A stretch of 64,000 nt of DNA from Methanothermococcus sp. SCGC AD-155-E23 (GTDB lineage Archaea > AGJL01 > Methanococci > Methanococcales > Methanococcaceae), in the NCBI GenBank assembly GCA_019561615.1, contig JAHEQA010000004.1, positions 5,231-69,230 on the forward strand. Reading direction: 5' to 3'. The position numbers and the translations under genes were made by a program. Shown here one piece after another: positions 1 to 9,197 of this stretch (within the stretch, counting starts at the first letter, position 1; each line of letters opens with the position of its first letter). The notes under the pieces are model-generated. The model saw only the letters and a list, made by a program, of their open reading frames with translations. It had not been told where the DNA came from and did not search any database.

Positions 1-1
1 T

Positions 2-829
2 GTCACTATCAACAAGGCATCCATATCTGCTACACTCCCTGCCGCAACCTCTATCTTAGGGGCTTGCAATCCAAAACATGGTAGATTCAATCCCGATCTT
101 ACAGTATGGGAGCAGATTCATATATCCGAGCCTATTCTGGACAGATTTGACCTGATATTTGCTATAAGTGACTCTGTTGATGAGAAATATGACAGAAATA
201 TGTATAGGCATGTCTCAAGGTTGTACAAGGACTACAAGAAAAGATTACTAGAAAATAGGCCAGTTGAGAAAGTGGTTGAAGTTGACGGGGAAAAGATAAC
301 CATAACTCTTGATCTTCTTTACAAGTATATTCTCTATGCAAGAACCTTTCTACCAGATTTAACAGAGGAGGCAGATGAGGTACTGGAGGAGTTCTACGTC
401 AAACTGAGAAAGGATACGAAGGACGCAGATATTGGAGTCTCGGTGAGGCAGCTAGAAAGCATTATCAAGTTAGCCGGTGCAGTGGCCAAGGCAAAGCTCA
501 AAGACACTATAGATGCCGAGGATGCAAAGGAGGCTATAGATCTCGTGATGTACTGCTATGAAAATATTGCCAAAGATGGAGACACGATAGATTTTGGAAA
601 AGTAGTTGGCCCACCTAGATCAAAAGAGGGTAAGATGTACAAAATCTATGAAGTAATCTGTGATTTGTGCGCTATAAAGGGTAGCGCCGTCCCAAAGGAG
701 GAACTTGTGGAGGAGTGCAAGAAAAGGGGACTGGATATCTCTGAAGAGGAGCTCGACGAATTATTGGAAAAGATGAAGAAGCGAGGAGAGATATACGAAC
801 CTAAGTTTGAGTACTATGCACCTACATAA
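2..829 (+). CDS. MCM family helicase paralog, C-terminal part (5' truncated by window edge)
   Basis: Frame open from nt 2: VTINKASISATLPAATSILGACNPKHGRF...ILDRFDLIF (sensor-1, Arg finger), VSVRQLESIIKL (sensor-2), C-terminal winged helix ending GEIYEPK. Confidence 0.93.
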   Translation, partial: VTINKASISATLPAATSILGACNPKHGRFNPDLTVWEQIHISEPILDRFDLIFAISDSVDEKYDRNMYRHVSRLYKDYKKRLLENRPVEKVVEVDGEKITITLDLLYKYILYARTFLPDLTEEADEVLEEFYVKLRKDTKDADIGVSVRQLESIIKLAGAVAKAKLKDTIDAEDAKEAIDLVMYCYENIAKDGDTIDFGKVVGPPRSKEGKMYKIYEVICDLCAIKGSAVPKEELVEECKKRGLDISEEELDELLEKMKKRGEIYEPKFEYYAPT

Positions 830-944
830 AATCTATTTTGTTATAGCGGTCCGTTCTGGTTATCCACAAGTAGTGTATAACCTTCCCTCTTATCTGAGAG
901 CTTTCGGGGGAAGAGGAACTCCCCACATCTTCAGGAGAATAGCT

Positions 945-1086
945 GTGCCCATTCGGGCTTAAGTCCCCCACATATCGGGCACAGGGAGGGGGTAAAAGCG
1001 GGATTTACAAAAACAGTTTTTATCCCCTTTAATTTAGCCTTGTATTCGATGATAGATTGGAGCTTACGAAAACTCCAGTTGTGTAA
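945..1086 (-). pseudogene. tnpB: TnpB fragment
   Basis: WSFRKLQSIIEYKA and VNPAFTPSLCPICG motifs; no start codon; RuvC I/II and the second CxxC are deleted. Confidence 0.85.
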
Positions 1087-1129
1087 TCAGTTTAATACTC
1101 TCTCTAGGGGCATTCTTTACCGTCTTAAC

Positions 1130-1245
1130 TAGGTGTTTTTCCTGTGAGAACATATATCATAAAACTTGCCAGCATATAAGGTTACAATGGCTAATAAATC
1201 CTCAACAAGTTCTTTCTCTAGTGTTTTTTCCTTGTCATCGAAGAC
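1130..1245 (-). pseudogene. tnpA: IS607 TnpA (serine recombinase) C-terminal fragment
   Basis: VFDDKEKTLEKELVEDLLAIVTLYAGKFYDICSHRK resembles ELVEDLLAIVTSFAGKLYGMRSH. Confidence 0.8.
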
Positions 1246-1707
1246 TGGATCCATCCCCTGTAGGGATTATGAGGGCATGAGAAAAACTACTAACCAAAAT
1301 ACAACTATACCTTCCGTACTCGTTGAAACCCGTCCATTTTTTTATTAATCAGCTATGAGTAGGGGAGACATAAAAAGGGAAGGTGGTACGGATTAAACTA
1401 CTAAGAAAGGTGGATAAACACAAAGTTTGTTAAATACATGGATGTGATTGACAACAATATTGTACCTTCCATCACTAGGTTTTGTTAAACTAACAATATC
1501 CCTTTTCGAAAATACGTCTGATTTCCTTTGATATTCTAATAAATAGTTTTACAATAACCTATATATACCTCTTTTTTAAGATTTTTCCCCACTGTAATTA
1601 CTAACAAAAACCATTTCTCTAGGCAATCAAATACTAGTTTACCCACAACTTATATATACTCTTTTTATATATCTTAGTGTATATATACTAATTGTTTAGG
1701 TGATAAT

Positions 1708-1945
1708 TTGCTAGACATTTTAAAACCTTTAAAGAGACTATTTTCTAAAAAAGGAGAACTAAAAGAAAATCTAGTTGGGATAGTCATCATGGTCATAATT
1801 TTGTATATTATTGTGAAAGGGCTAGGTAATATAGTAATTCCTCAAGATTTTCCATTACTAAAACCAAAAAAATACAATCTTAACCCTTGGAGTCATTGTT
1901 GGGATTATAGCTATAGCAATACTCAGTATAAACCTTCGGTCTTAG
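1708..1945 (+). pseudogene. Frameshifted small protein with two hydrophobic helices (spindle-virus major capsid-like or pilin-like)
   Basis: GGTGA RBS and TTG start; basic leader, helix LVGIVIMVIILYIIV; the +1 frame after the A7 run (1866-1872) gives a second helix NTILTLGVIVGIIAIAIL ending at TAG 1943-1945. Confidence 0.55.
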
Positions 1946-2106
1946 CGGAGCTCTTTTAATTAATTCTAATGGTCTTATGTGGAGATATACACCCTAGCTT
2001 TCTCTCAGGATGGGAGGTATTTGGCGGTGGCCAGTGAGAACTCTGATGTGATTAGATTGATGGAAATTAAGAGATAATTTTCCCTTTTTTGATTTTATTA
2101 ATAACT

Positions 2107-3360
2107 CTACTCATTACTTATATACCCCTTGACAGCACTTTTCGCTGCAATTGCTGGGGAGGAGAGATATATCTCTGCATTCACACTACCCATTCTACCC
2201 TTGAAATTCCTGTTAGAGGTGGAGAGGCATACCTCACCATCTCCCAGTACACCTTGATGGGCACCTAGACATGGACCACACCCTGGGGGACATATAAGGG
2301 CACCTGCCTTAAGGAATATCTCTATCAATCCTTCCCTTAAAGCCTCCTCAAATATCCTCTTTGAGGCAGGAATAACAATTAGCCTTACATCTCTATGTAC
2401 CCTCTTACCCTTGAGGTACCTTGCAGCTATTCTTAGATCCCCTAACCTCCCGTTGGTACAGGAGCCTATGAACACCTGGTCTATAGGGGTGCCTGCCACC
2501 TCAGATACAGGCTTAACGTTATCTGGGTAGTGGGGACATGCAATTTGCTCCTCCATATCTGTAATATCAATATCTATGGTCTTGTAGTAACTCTCCTCCC
2601 TCTCATCCACAGATATCCTGTTCCTCATAAGGTGGATCAACTCCTTTTCACTGACCTTATCCCTTAGATACTCATAGGTCTTCTCGTCGGCCTCAATTAA
2701 ACCAACCTTGGCCCCCATCTCCACAGCCATGTTAGAGAGCACCACCCTGTCCTCCATACCCATCCTCTTAACAACCTCCCCTCCATACTCTATAGCCATG
2801 TATATAGCTCCCCTTCTTCCCACCTCCTTACAGACCCTTAGTACTATATCCTTGGAGGTGATCCTCTCGTTATACCCCTCAATATTAACCCTTATAGTTT
2901 TCGGCACCTTTATCCAGGTCTTACCGGTGGCAAAGATATAACCCATATCTGTAGCTCCAAAACCTGTTGCAAATGCTCCAAAGGCCCCATGGGTACAGGT
3001 GTGGCTGTCCCCTCCGGCGACCATCATGTTAGGTTTCACATGCCCCCCTTCCATCAACACCTGGTGACATATCCCCTCCCCCTCCCTATAAACATGCCTT
3101 ATCCCCTGCTCCCTTATAAACGCCCTTGTAATCTTATGCATATTTGCAGCCTTTACAGTATTTGCAGGGATGTTGTGGTCAAAGGCGATAACAATCTTCT
3201 CCCTATCCCAGACCCTATCAGCTATCTCCTTAAAGGCCTTTACAGCAAGGGGTGTGGAGCCGTCGTGAGTCATCGCCAGATCTACATCTATCTCTACCGT
3301 ATCTCCCTCGCAGATGTCCTCTCCCAACTTCCTGGACACTATCTTCTCTGCCAACGTCAT
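2107..3360 (-). CDS. hacA: Methanogen homoaconitase large subunit (LeuC/aconitase family)
   Basis: DLAMTHDG, GDSHTCTHGAFGAFATGFGATD, GSCTNGR, PGCGPCLG, STSNRNFKGRMG. Confidence 0.85.
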   Translation of the reverse strand: MTLAEKIVSRKLGEDICEGDTVEIDVDLAMTHDGSTPLAVKAFKEIADRVWDREKIVIAFDHNIPANTVKAANMHKITRAFIREQGIRHVYREGEGICHQVLMEGGHVKPNMMVAGGDSHTCTHGAFGAFATGFGATDMGYIFATGKTWIKVPKTIRVNIEGYNERITSKDIVLRVCKEVGRRGAIYMAIEYGGEVVKRMGMEDRVVLSNMAVEMGAKVGLIEADEKTYEYLRDKVSEKELIHLMRNRISVDEREESYYKTIDIDITDMEEQIACPHYPDNVKPVSEVAGTPIDQVFIGSCTNGRLGDLRIAARYLKGKRVHRDVRLIVIPASKRIFEEALREGLIEIFLKAGALICPPGCGPCLGAHQGVLGDGEVCLSTSNRNFKGRMGSVNAEIYLSSPAIAAKSAVKGYISNE

Positions 3361-3369
3361 ACTATCCCC

Positions 3370-4236
3370 TTACTTTCCTATAACCTCTCGGAGCACCTTG
3401 GGTATCTCGGAGATCCTCCTTACCACGTAGGCACCTGCCTCCCTCAAGGCCTTTATCTTACTCTCTGCAGTACCTACACCCCTCTCAATTATGGCACCTG
3501 CATGACCCATCCTCTTCCCCTCAGGTGCACTGATCCCAGCAATGTAAGCCACTACAGGTTTACTCATCTTTTTTATATACTCACAGGCCACCTCCTCACT
3601 ACTCCCTCCAATCTCCCCTATCATTACCACCGCATCTGTATCTTCATCCCTCTCAAAGAGGGGGAGGACCTCTATAAAGTCTGTGCCTACTACAGGATCC
3701 CCACCTATTCCAACACAGGTGGATTGCCCGTAACCGTTAACTACCAACTCGTTGGCTATCTCGTAGGTTAAGGTACCACTCCTGGACACCATTCCAATGT
3801 GCCCCTCCTTTAAAACCCTAGAGGGAATTATCCCCAACTTACCTACCTTGGGAGAGGCTATACCAGGGGTGTTTGGTCCTATAATTCTTACACCCCTCTT
3901 TCTCCCGTAGTTCACCATGTCCAGTGTATCATGTACAGGTATATGTTCCGTAATAACAACTATAAGCTCTATGCCTCCATCTATAGCCTCATAAACAGCA
4001 TCCTTCGCTGCAGGTGCTGGAACAAAGAGTACAGAGGCATTTGCATCATGCTCCTCCACAGCCTCCCTTACAGTGTCGTAAACAGGTACCCCATGTACCT
4101 CCCATCCACCCTTTCCAGGTGTAACTCCAGCTACAATCTTGGTCCCAAAGTCCAACATCTCCTTGGTATGGAAACGTCCCTGTCTCCCAGTTATTCCCTG
4201 TACAATAGCCCTGGTATTCTCATCCATCAGTATCAC
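3370..4236 (-). CDS. sucD: Succinyl-CoA synthetase alpha subunit
   Basis: [27 protein letters not shown] phospho-His motif. Confidence 0.95.
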   Translation of the reverse strand: MILMDENTRAIVQGITGRQGRFHTKEMLDFGTKIVAGVTPGKGGWEVHGVPVYDTVREAVEEHDANASVLFVPAPAAKDAVYEAIDGGIELIVVITEHIPVHDTLDMVNYGRKRGVRIIGPNTPGIASPKVGKLGIIPSRVLKEGHIGMVSRSGTLTYEIANELVVNGYGQSTCVGIGGDPVVGTDFIEVLPLFERDEDTDAVVMIGEIGGSSEEVACEYIKKMSKPVVAYIAGISAPEGKRMGHAGAIIERGVGTAESKIKALREAGAYVVRRISEIPKVLREVIGK

Positions 4237-4344
4237 ATTTTCACCTAAAAAAGTATTTTAATCCTAATCCAGGGGGAGAATATTATATAAAGACAGTGAT
4301 AGTTATTGTATAAATTATTTTTTAAAAGCAGGGGGAGAAGGATT

Positions 4345-5919
4345 ATGGTGAAGATACTCATTACAGATGAGATACACGAGGAGGCTGTAGAGATACTGAG
4401 GAAAGTTGGTGATGTGGAGATAGCAACGAACCTAAGTAAGGAGGAGTTGAAGAGGAAGATAGAGGATGTGGATGTTATCGTTGTTAGAAGTGGGACAAAA
4501 TTAACAAGGGATATACTGGAGTATGCAAAGAAATTGAAGATCATTGCAAGGGCAGGTGTTGGTGTAGACAACATCGACGTTGAGTACGCCACCGAGAGAG
4601 GTATTATCGTGGTTAACTCCCCAGATGCCTCCTCCATCTCTGTTGCCGAGTTAACCATGGGTTTAATGTTAGCTGCAGCGAGAAATATACCCCAGGCTAC
4701 AGCCTCCTTAAAGAGGGGAGAGTGGGACAGGAAGTCCTTCAAGGGTATTGAACTCTACGGTAAAACCCTTGGAGTTATTGGACTAGGTAGGATAGGACAG
4801 CAGGTTGTAAAGAGGGCAAAGGCCTTTGGAATGAATATTGTAGGCTACGATCCCTATATACCTGAGGAGGTTGCAAGGGACTTAGGGGTAAAGTTGTTAG
4901 ATGATCTCAACGAACTCTGTAAGGTAAGCGACATTATCACCCTCCATGTACCCCTAACTCCAAAGACTAGACATATCATAGGGAAAGAGCAGATATCCCT
5001 GATGAAGAGGAATGCCATAATTGTAAACTGTGCTAGAGGTGGTTTAATAGATGAGAGGGCCCTCTACGAGGCTCTCAAGGAGGGGAGGATAAGGGCTGCT
5101 GCACTGGATGTCTTCGAGGAGGAGCCCCCAAGGAACAACCCCCTACTTACACTGGACAACGTTATTGGAACACCTCATCAGGGAGCCTCCACTGAGGAGG
5201 CCCAGAAGAGTGCAGGTATCATAGTTGCAGAGCAAATTGTAAAGATACTTAGGGGGGAGCCTGCCGAGAATGTGGTAAACCTCCCTGCAATACCCTCGGA
5301 GAAGATTGGGAAATTAAAACCCTACATGGAACTTGCAGAGAAGTTAGGTCTCATGGCCATACAACTACTTGACAGATCTATAGAGAAGGTGGAGTTGATA
5401 TACAGTGGTGAGATAGCAGGGGAGGATACAGAGATAGTAAAGAGGTCCTTCCTCAAGGGTATGCTATCCCCTATACTCCTTGCAGGGGTTAACCTTGTGA
5501 ATGCACCTAGTGTGGCTAAAAGTAGGAACATAAAGGTTATTGAGGGTACAATATCTGAGAGTGAGTACGGTAACGCCATAAAGGTGTTGGCAGAGGGCAA
5601 CTCAGATAAGGTATCCCTAGTTGGCTCTGTGGTAGAGGGTAAACCTGTTCTTAGAGAGATCGACGGATACAAGGTGGATATAAAGCCTGAGGGTATCATC
5701 TGTATTATCAGGCATATCGATAGACCTGGGATGATAGGTAAGGTGGGGTTGCTCCTGGGAGACCACGGTATAAATATTGCGGGAATGCAGGTAGGTAGGA
5801 AGGAACCTGGAGGGGAGAGTATAATGATCCTCAAGGTAGATCATGTTATACCAGAGGAGGTGTTGGAGAAGTTGAAGAAGTTGGAGAATATAAAGGATGC
5901 CAAGGTAATCCATCTCTAA
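4345..5919 (+). CDS. serA: D-3-phosphoglycerate dehydrogenase
   Basis: RAGVGVDNID, GLGRIG, NCARGG, TPHQGAST, C-terminal ACT domain; ATG 4345 follows a purine-rich RBS. Confidence 0.96.
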   Translation: MVKILITDEIHEEAVEILRKVGDVEIATNLSKEELKRKIEDVDVIVVRSGTKLTRDILEYAKKLKIIARAGVGVDNIDVEYATERGIIVVNSPDASSISVAELTMGLMLAAARNIPQATASLKRGEWDRKSFKGIELYGKTLGVIGLGRIGQQVVKRAKAFGMNIVGYDPYIPEEVARDLGVKLLDDLNELCKVSDIITLHVPLTPKTRHIIGKEQISLMKRNAIIVNCARGGLIDERALYEALKEGRIRAAALDVFEEEPPRNNPLLTLDNVIGTPHQGASTEEAQKSAGIIVAEQIVKILRGEPAENVVNLPAIPSEKIGKLKPYMELAEKLGLMAIQLLDRSIEKVELIYSGEIAGEDTEIVKRSFLKGMLSPILLAGVNLVNAPSVAKSRNIKVIEGTISESEYGNAIKVLAEGNSDKVSLVGSVVEGKPVLREIDGYKVDIKPEGIICIIRHIDRPGMIGKVGLLLGDHGINIAGMQVGRKEPGGESIMILKVDHVIPEEVLEKLKKLENIKDAKVIHL

Positions 5920-5927
5920 AATAGGGA

Positions 5928-6353
5928 GTGGTGATTCCTATAAATGAAGTTATAGCGGGGATACTTATAGCCATCCTCTACGGTGTAGGTACCTTTTTTG
6001 CAAAGATAGTCTCTGAGAAGGACCCCTTTATCCAGTGGATTGTTGTGAATATCGTAGGTATCCTACTTACCCTCCTTATAGTGATAAAGGATCCCCATAG
6101 ACTGGGGCAGATACAGGGGAAGATACTGGTCTATGCTGTAATATCTGCTGTAATGGTGGTACTTGGAAGCCTACTACTCTACTACGCCCTTAACAGGGGT
6201 AGGGCCTCTATCGTTGTACCCCTCTCCTCCATAGGACCTGCAATTACTACGGTGTTGGCAGTTCTATTCCTTGGAGAGCACCTATCTATAAACCAGATAG
6301 TAGGTATTGTACTTGTGATCCTGGGGGTTATCCTTATATCCCTGAATACTTAG
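5928..6353 (+). CDS. EamA/DMT family membrane protein
   Basis: About 5 TM helices; ASIVVPLSSIGP..LAVLFLGEHLS motif. Confidence 0.85.
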   Translation: MVIPINEVIAGILIAILYGVGTFFAKIVSEKDPFIQWIVVNIVGILLTLLIVIKDPHRLGQIQGKILVYAVISAVMVVLGSLLLYYALNRGRASIVVPLSSIGPAITTVLAVLFLGEHLSINQIVGIVLVILGVILISLNT

Positions 6354-6595
6354 AGACTCTTAAGTAACTTCCTGGCACCCTGAGCTCCAATCTGGAGTTT
6401 TAAGGCGTTAAGTATTTCATAGGCATCCTCTATACTCTCGGCGTTGTTAATAGCCTCCCGAAAACTCTCCCTCTTACTGGGCTCCACCAAATTTATAAGG
6501 TAGTATATTGTAAAAACCAGTTCAACATACTTTGCCTCCTTTTGAACCTGATTTTTTACCTCCTCAACAAATTTTTTTATATTTTCAGATGTCAT
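6350..6595 (-). CDS. Small hypothetical protein, divergent from MCM
   Basis: 81-aa ORF with GGTGA RBS and ATG start. Confidence 0.7.
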   Translation of the reverse strand: MTSENIKKFVEEVKNQVQKEAKYVELVFTIYYLINLVEPSKRESFREAINNAESIEDAYEILNALKLQIGAQGARKLLKSL

Positions 6596-6666
6596 CTTAT
6601 CACCGTGCTCCCAAACTCTTAACTCTTAATCTTATTGTTGAAAATAATATTTATATTTATAAAGGG

Positions 6667-8826
6667 ATGGCTATGGAGGGCTTTACTCTGGAGTACGACG
6701 AGGAGGAATTTATTGAGAAGTACGGAGACAAGGTAAAGTTATACATGAAACATAAGTTAGCAGAGGAGGATATAAAGAACAACATCTTTGAATTCGATAT
6801 AAGGGATTTCCTAAGGTATTTTCCAGAGGCTGCCGAGATAAACGACATTATTATAGAGTATCCCCTGAAGGTTGAAGACACCCTCTTCTATCTATTTAAA
6901 CAGACCTACAAGGAGGTATTTGGTGAGGAGAGTAAGACAGAGAAGGAGCTGGAGAAGATCCAGATATCTATAAAGAATCCCCTAGGTTGTGAGAAGAAGA
7001 TAGAGGACATAAGTTCTTTCGATATTAACAAACTTATAACCTTTGAGGGGGACATCATATCTGCCACTAAGGTAAGAGCCCTACTTAAGAAGGCCTACTT
7101 CATATGTAAACGTTGTGGGAATACAAAGAAATACACCATATCCGATTACTTTAAAAAAATCCCTAGGATTTTATGTGAGGAGTGTAAGGAGGAGATGGTA
7201 CTAGATCTGGACAGTTCCACCTATGTAAATATTCAGGAGTTGGAGATTCAACAACCTATAGATCTCATGAAGAATCCAGAGGAGCCTCCAAAGAGTATAA
7301 AGGTGTTCCTGGAAAACTCCCGAGGTATATACTCTGGAAGGGTGAAGGTAGTAGGAACTGTAATAAGAAAGAGTACCCGTTCTAACATCCATCTACCAAT
7401 TTTTGAGATATGTGTTAGAAGTAACAGCCTCTCTCCCATTGAAAGTTATCAGAGGATTGAGGTTAGGGACATCCTCAAGGAACCTGAGTTAATAGAGACC
7501 TTAAATGAACTGGGGAAAAAGAAGAACATAGTGGACCTACTGTCCAACTACCTTCTATCCCAGATTAAAGGCTATGAGATGGTAAAGAAGGCCATATTCC
7601 TTCAACAGATAAAGGGGTGTATGAAGTTCCTACCAGATGGTGCTCCTCTAAGGAGGGACAGTCATATACTCCTTATTACAGACCCTGGAATTGGGAAGTC
7701 CACCATGTTAAGGAGAATAGCTAGGCTTCTCCCTCAGAACTCCTACGCCTCAGTTACCACGGCCACAGGTGGAGGGCTTACAGCTACCGTTGTAAGGGAG
7801 AGTACAGATATAGGGGATGGATGGGTGGTGAAGCCTGGGGTCTTTGTAAAGTCCAACGAGGGTACAGCCTGTATAGATGAACTTACAGTGGATAGGGATG
7901 TTATGAAGTACATCCTGGAGGCCATGGAATCCCAGACCATACATGTGAATAAGGGGGGTTTAAATGTAAAACTCCCTGCGAGATGTGCAGTCCTTGCAGC
8001 CTGTAACCCAAAGAGGGGGAGGTTCGATCCTAACTTAGGGGTTGTTGAGCAGATAGATATACCGCCACCTCTTCTCAGTAGATTTGACCTTATATTCCCA
8101 CTTAGGGATATACCAGATAGGAAGAGGGATGAGGAGATAGCAGAGCACATCCTAGATGTCCATGTAGAGACTGCAACTAAGAAGTACTCCATATTGAAGC
8201 CCCTTGAGATAGATGGGATAGTGGTAGATGAGGATCTACTGAAGAGTTATATCATCTATGCCAGGACCTGTGCATACTTCGAGGAGAACCTGGCACTCTT
8301 TATGGAAGAGGAGGAGATAGATGAGAGGGAGATAAAAAATCCCCATCTAACAAACTCTGCAAAGAAGATCATCAAAGACTTCTACCTGGAGATGAGGAAG
8401 TTAGGGGAGGAGGACAACCCAATACCAGTTACGGCGAGACAGTTGGAGGCTATTATAAGGATATCTGAGATGCATGCAAAGGCCAGGTTGTCAAGGAAGG
8501 TTGAGGAGAGGGATGCAAAGGCTGCCATCGAGATTATAAGGGAGTGCTTAAACCAGGTTGCCTACGATCCAGAGACTGGAAAGTACGACATAGACAAGGT
8601 CATGGGGCAACTGCCAAAGTCCAAGTATGAAAAGATGGACAAGATACTGGAGATTATAGCGGAACTCTCTGCACTCTCCAAGGACGGTTTAGCTGCAGAG
8701 GATGACATAATAGAGAGGGCTGCTGAGTTTGGTATCTCTGAGAAGGAGGTAGAGGAACTACTGGAGAAGTTAAAGAGGAATGCAGAGATATACTCACCTA
8801 GGTTTGGATACTACAGGATCACCTAG
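6667..8826 (+). CDS. mcm: MCM replicative helicase
   Basis: Zn finger CKRC..CEEC, Walker A ITDPGIGKS, CIDE, AMESQ, ACNPKRGRF, LSRFDLIF, TARQLE. Confidence 0.96.
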   Translation: MAMEGFTLEYDEEEFIEKYGDKVKLYMKHKLAEEDIKNNIFEFDIRDFLRYFPEAAEINDIIIEYPLKVEDTLFYLFKQTYKEVFGEESKTEKELEKIQISIKNPLGCEKKIEDISSFDINKLITFEGDIISATKVRALLKKAYFICKRCGNTKKYTISDYFKKIPRILCEECKEEMVLDLDSSTYVNIQELEIQQPIDLMKNPEEPPKSIKVFLENSRGIYSGRVKVVGTVIRKSTRSNIHLPIFEICVRSNSLSPIESYQRIEVRDILKEPELIETLNELGKKKNIVDLLSNYLLSQIKGYEMVKKAIFLQQIKGCMKFLPDGAPLRRDSHILLITDPGIGKSTMLRRIARLLPQNSYASVTTATGGGLTATVVRESTDIGDGWVVKPGVFVKSNEGTACIDELTVDRDVMKYILEAMESQTIHVNKGGLNVKLPARCAVLAACNPKRGRFDPNLGVVEQIDIPPPLLSRFDLIFPLRDIPDRKRDEEIAEHILDVHVETATKKYSILKPLEIDGIVVDEDLLKSYIIYARTCAYFEENLALFMEEEEIDEREIKNPHLTNSAKKIIKDFYLEMRKLGEEDNPIPVTARQLEAIIRISEMHAKARLSRKVEERDAKAAIEIIRECLNQVAYDPETGKYDIDKVMGQLPKSKYEKMDKILEIIAELSALSKDGLAAEDDIIERAAEFGISEKEVEELLEKLKRNAEIYSPRFGYYRIT

Positions 8827-8864
8827 GGATAAGTATATAAAGATGGGGAAATATCTATCTAGAT

Positions 8865-8923
8865 GGTGGATGATGATCGGTGGTAGCTTCTGACCTGTGA
8901 TGAATGATGGGCGAACTGACACC
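8865..8923 (+). ncRNA. Box C/D methylation-guide sRNA
   Basis: GGTG/CACC terminal stem, C ATGATGA 8870, D' CTGA 8890, C' GTGATGA 8897, D CTGA 8916, 13- and 12-nt guides, TATA ~30 nt upstream. Confidence 0.92.
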
Positions 8924-8927
8924 TTAA

Positions 8928-9185
8928 CTATTTTTTCTTCCTCATAACTGCAGAAAATGCTATGGTTCCAACAGGTCCAGCCACTATTATAAAAAGTGCC
9001 ACTGTTTCTCCAAAGGGTATATGGAACTTCTGGGAGAGTACCACTAGAAAGGTGGCCACTACTATGGCCATTAGGCCCTCCCCAATGAGTACATTGGAGG
9101 TATTCCTGTGGAAGCAGAGTTTCAGGGAGGAGAGTGCTCCAACTATCAGGGAGAACATGGTAAAGTAGAGTATGTACTCCTTCAT
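8928..9185 (-). CDS. Small 3-TM membrane protein (possibly an MnhF-like/energy-converting hydrogenase subunit)
   Basis: Three hydrophobic segments with GPVGTIAF; family assignment is tentative. Confidence 0.55.
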   Translation of the reverse strand: MKEYILYFTMFSLIVGALSSLKLCFHRNTSNVLIGEGLMAIVVATFLVVLSQKFHIPFGETVALFIIVAGPVGTIAFSAVMRKKK

Positions 9186-9197
9186 TGCCAACCCCTC

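Larger units (their letters stand above)
851..1315 (-). mobile_element. Internally deleted IS607-family remnant (tnpA and tnpB fragments plus right end)
   Basis: Minus strand encodes EKELVEDLLAIVTLYAGKFY (IS607 serine recombinase C-terminus), then LHNWSFRKLQSIIEYKAKLKGI..VNPAFT..CPICG (TnpB), then a structured right end ending CAGAACGG. Left boundary is approximate (ACGG at 1314-1317). Confidence 0.8.

Noticed and set aside
935-943. 9-nt match (GCTATTCTC) between the IS remnant and the putative spacer junction at 15231-15239
   Set aside because: Too short for targeting and lies at a deletion junction; likely chance
1166-1348. 60-aa plus-strand ORF
   Set aside because: Antisense shadow of the IS607 tnpA fragment; Ser-rich with no RBS
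2021-2065. TGGCGGTGGCCAGTGAGAACTCTGATGTGATTAGATTGATGG as a tRNA 3' end (att site) or C/D sRNA
   Set aside because: The reverse complement ends in GCCA but has no T-loop; C/D boxes are degenerate and badly spaced. Comparison with the genome's tRNA set would be needed.
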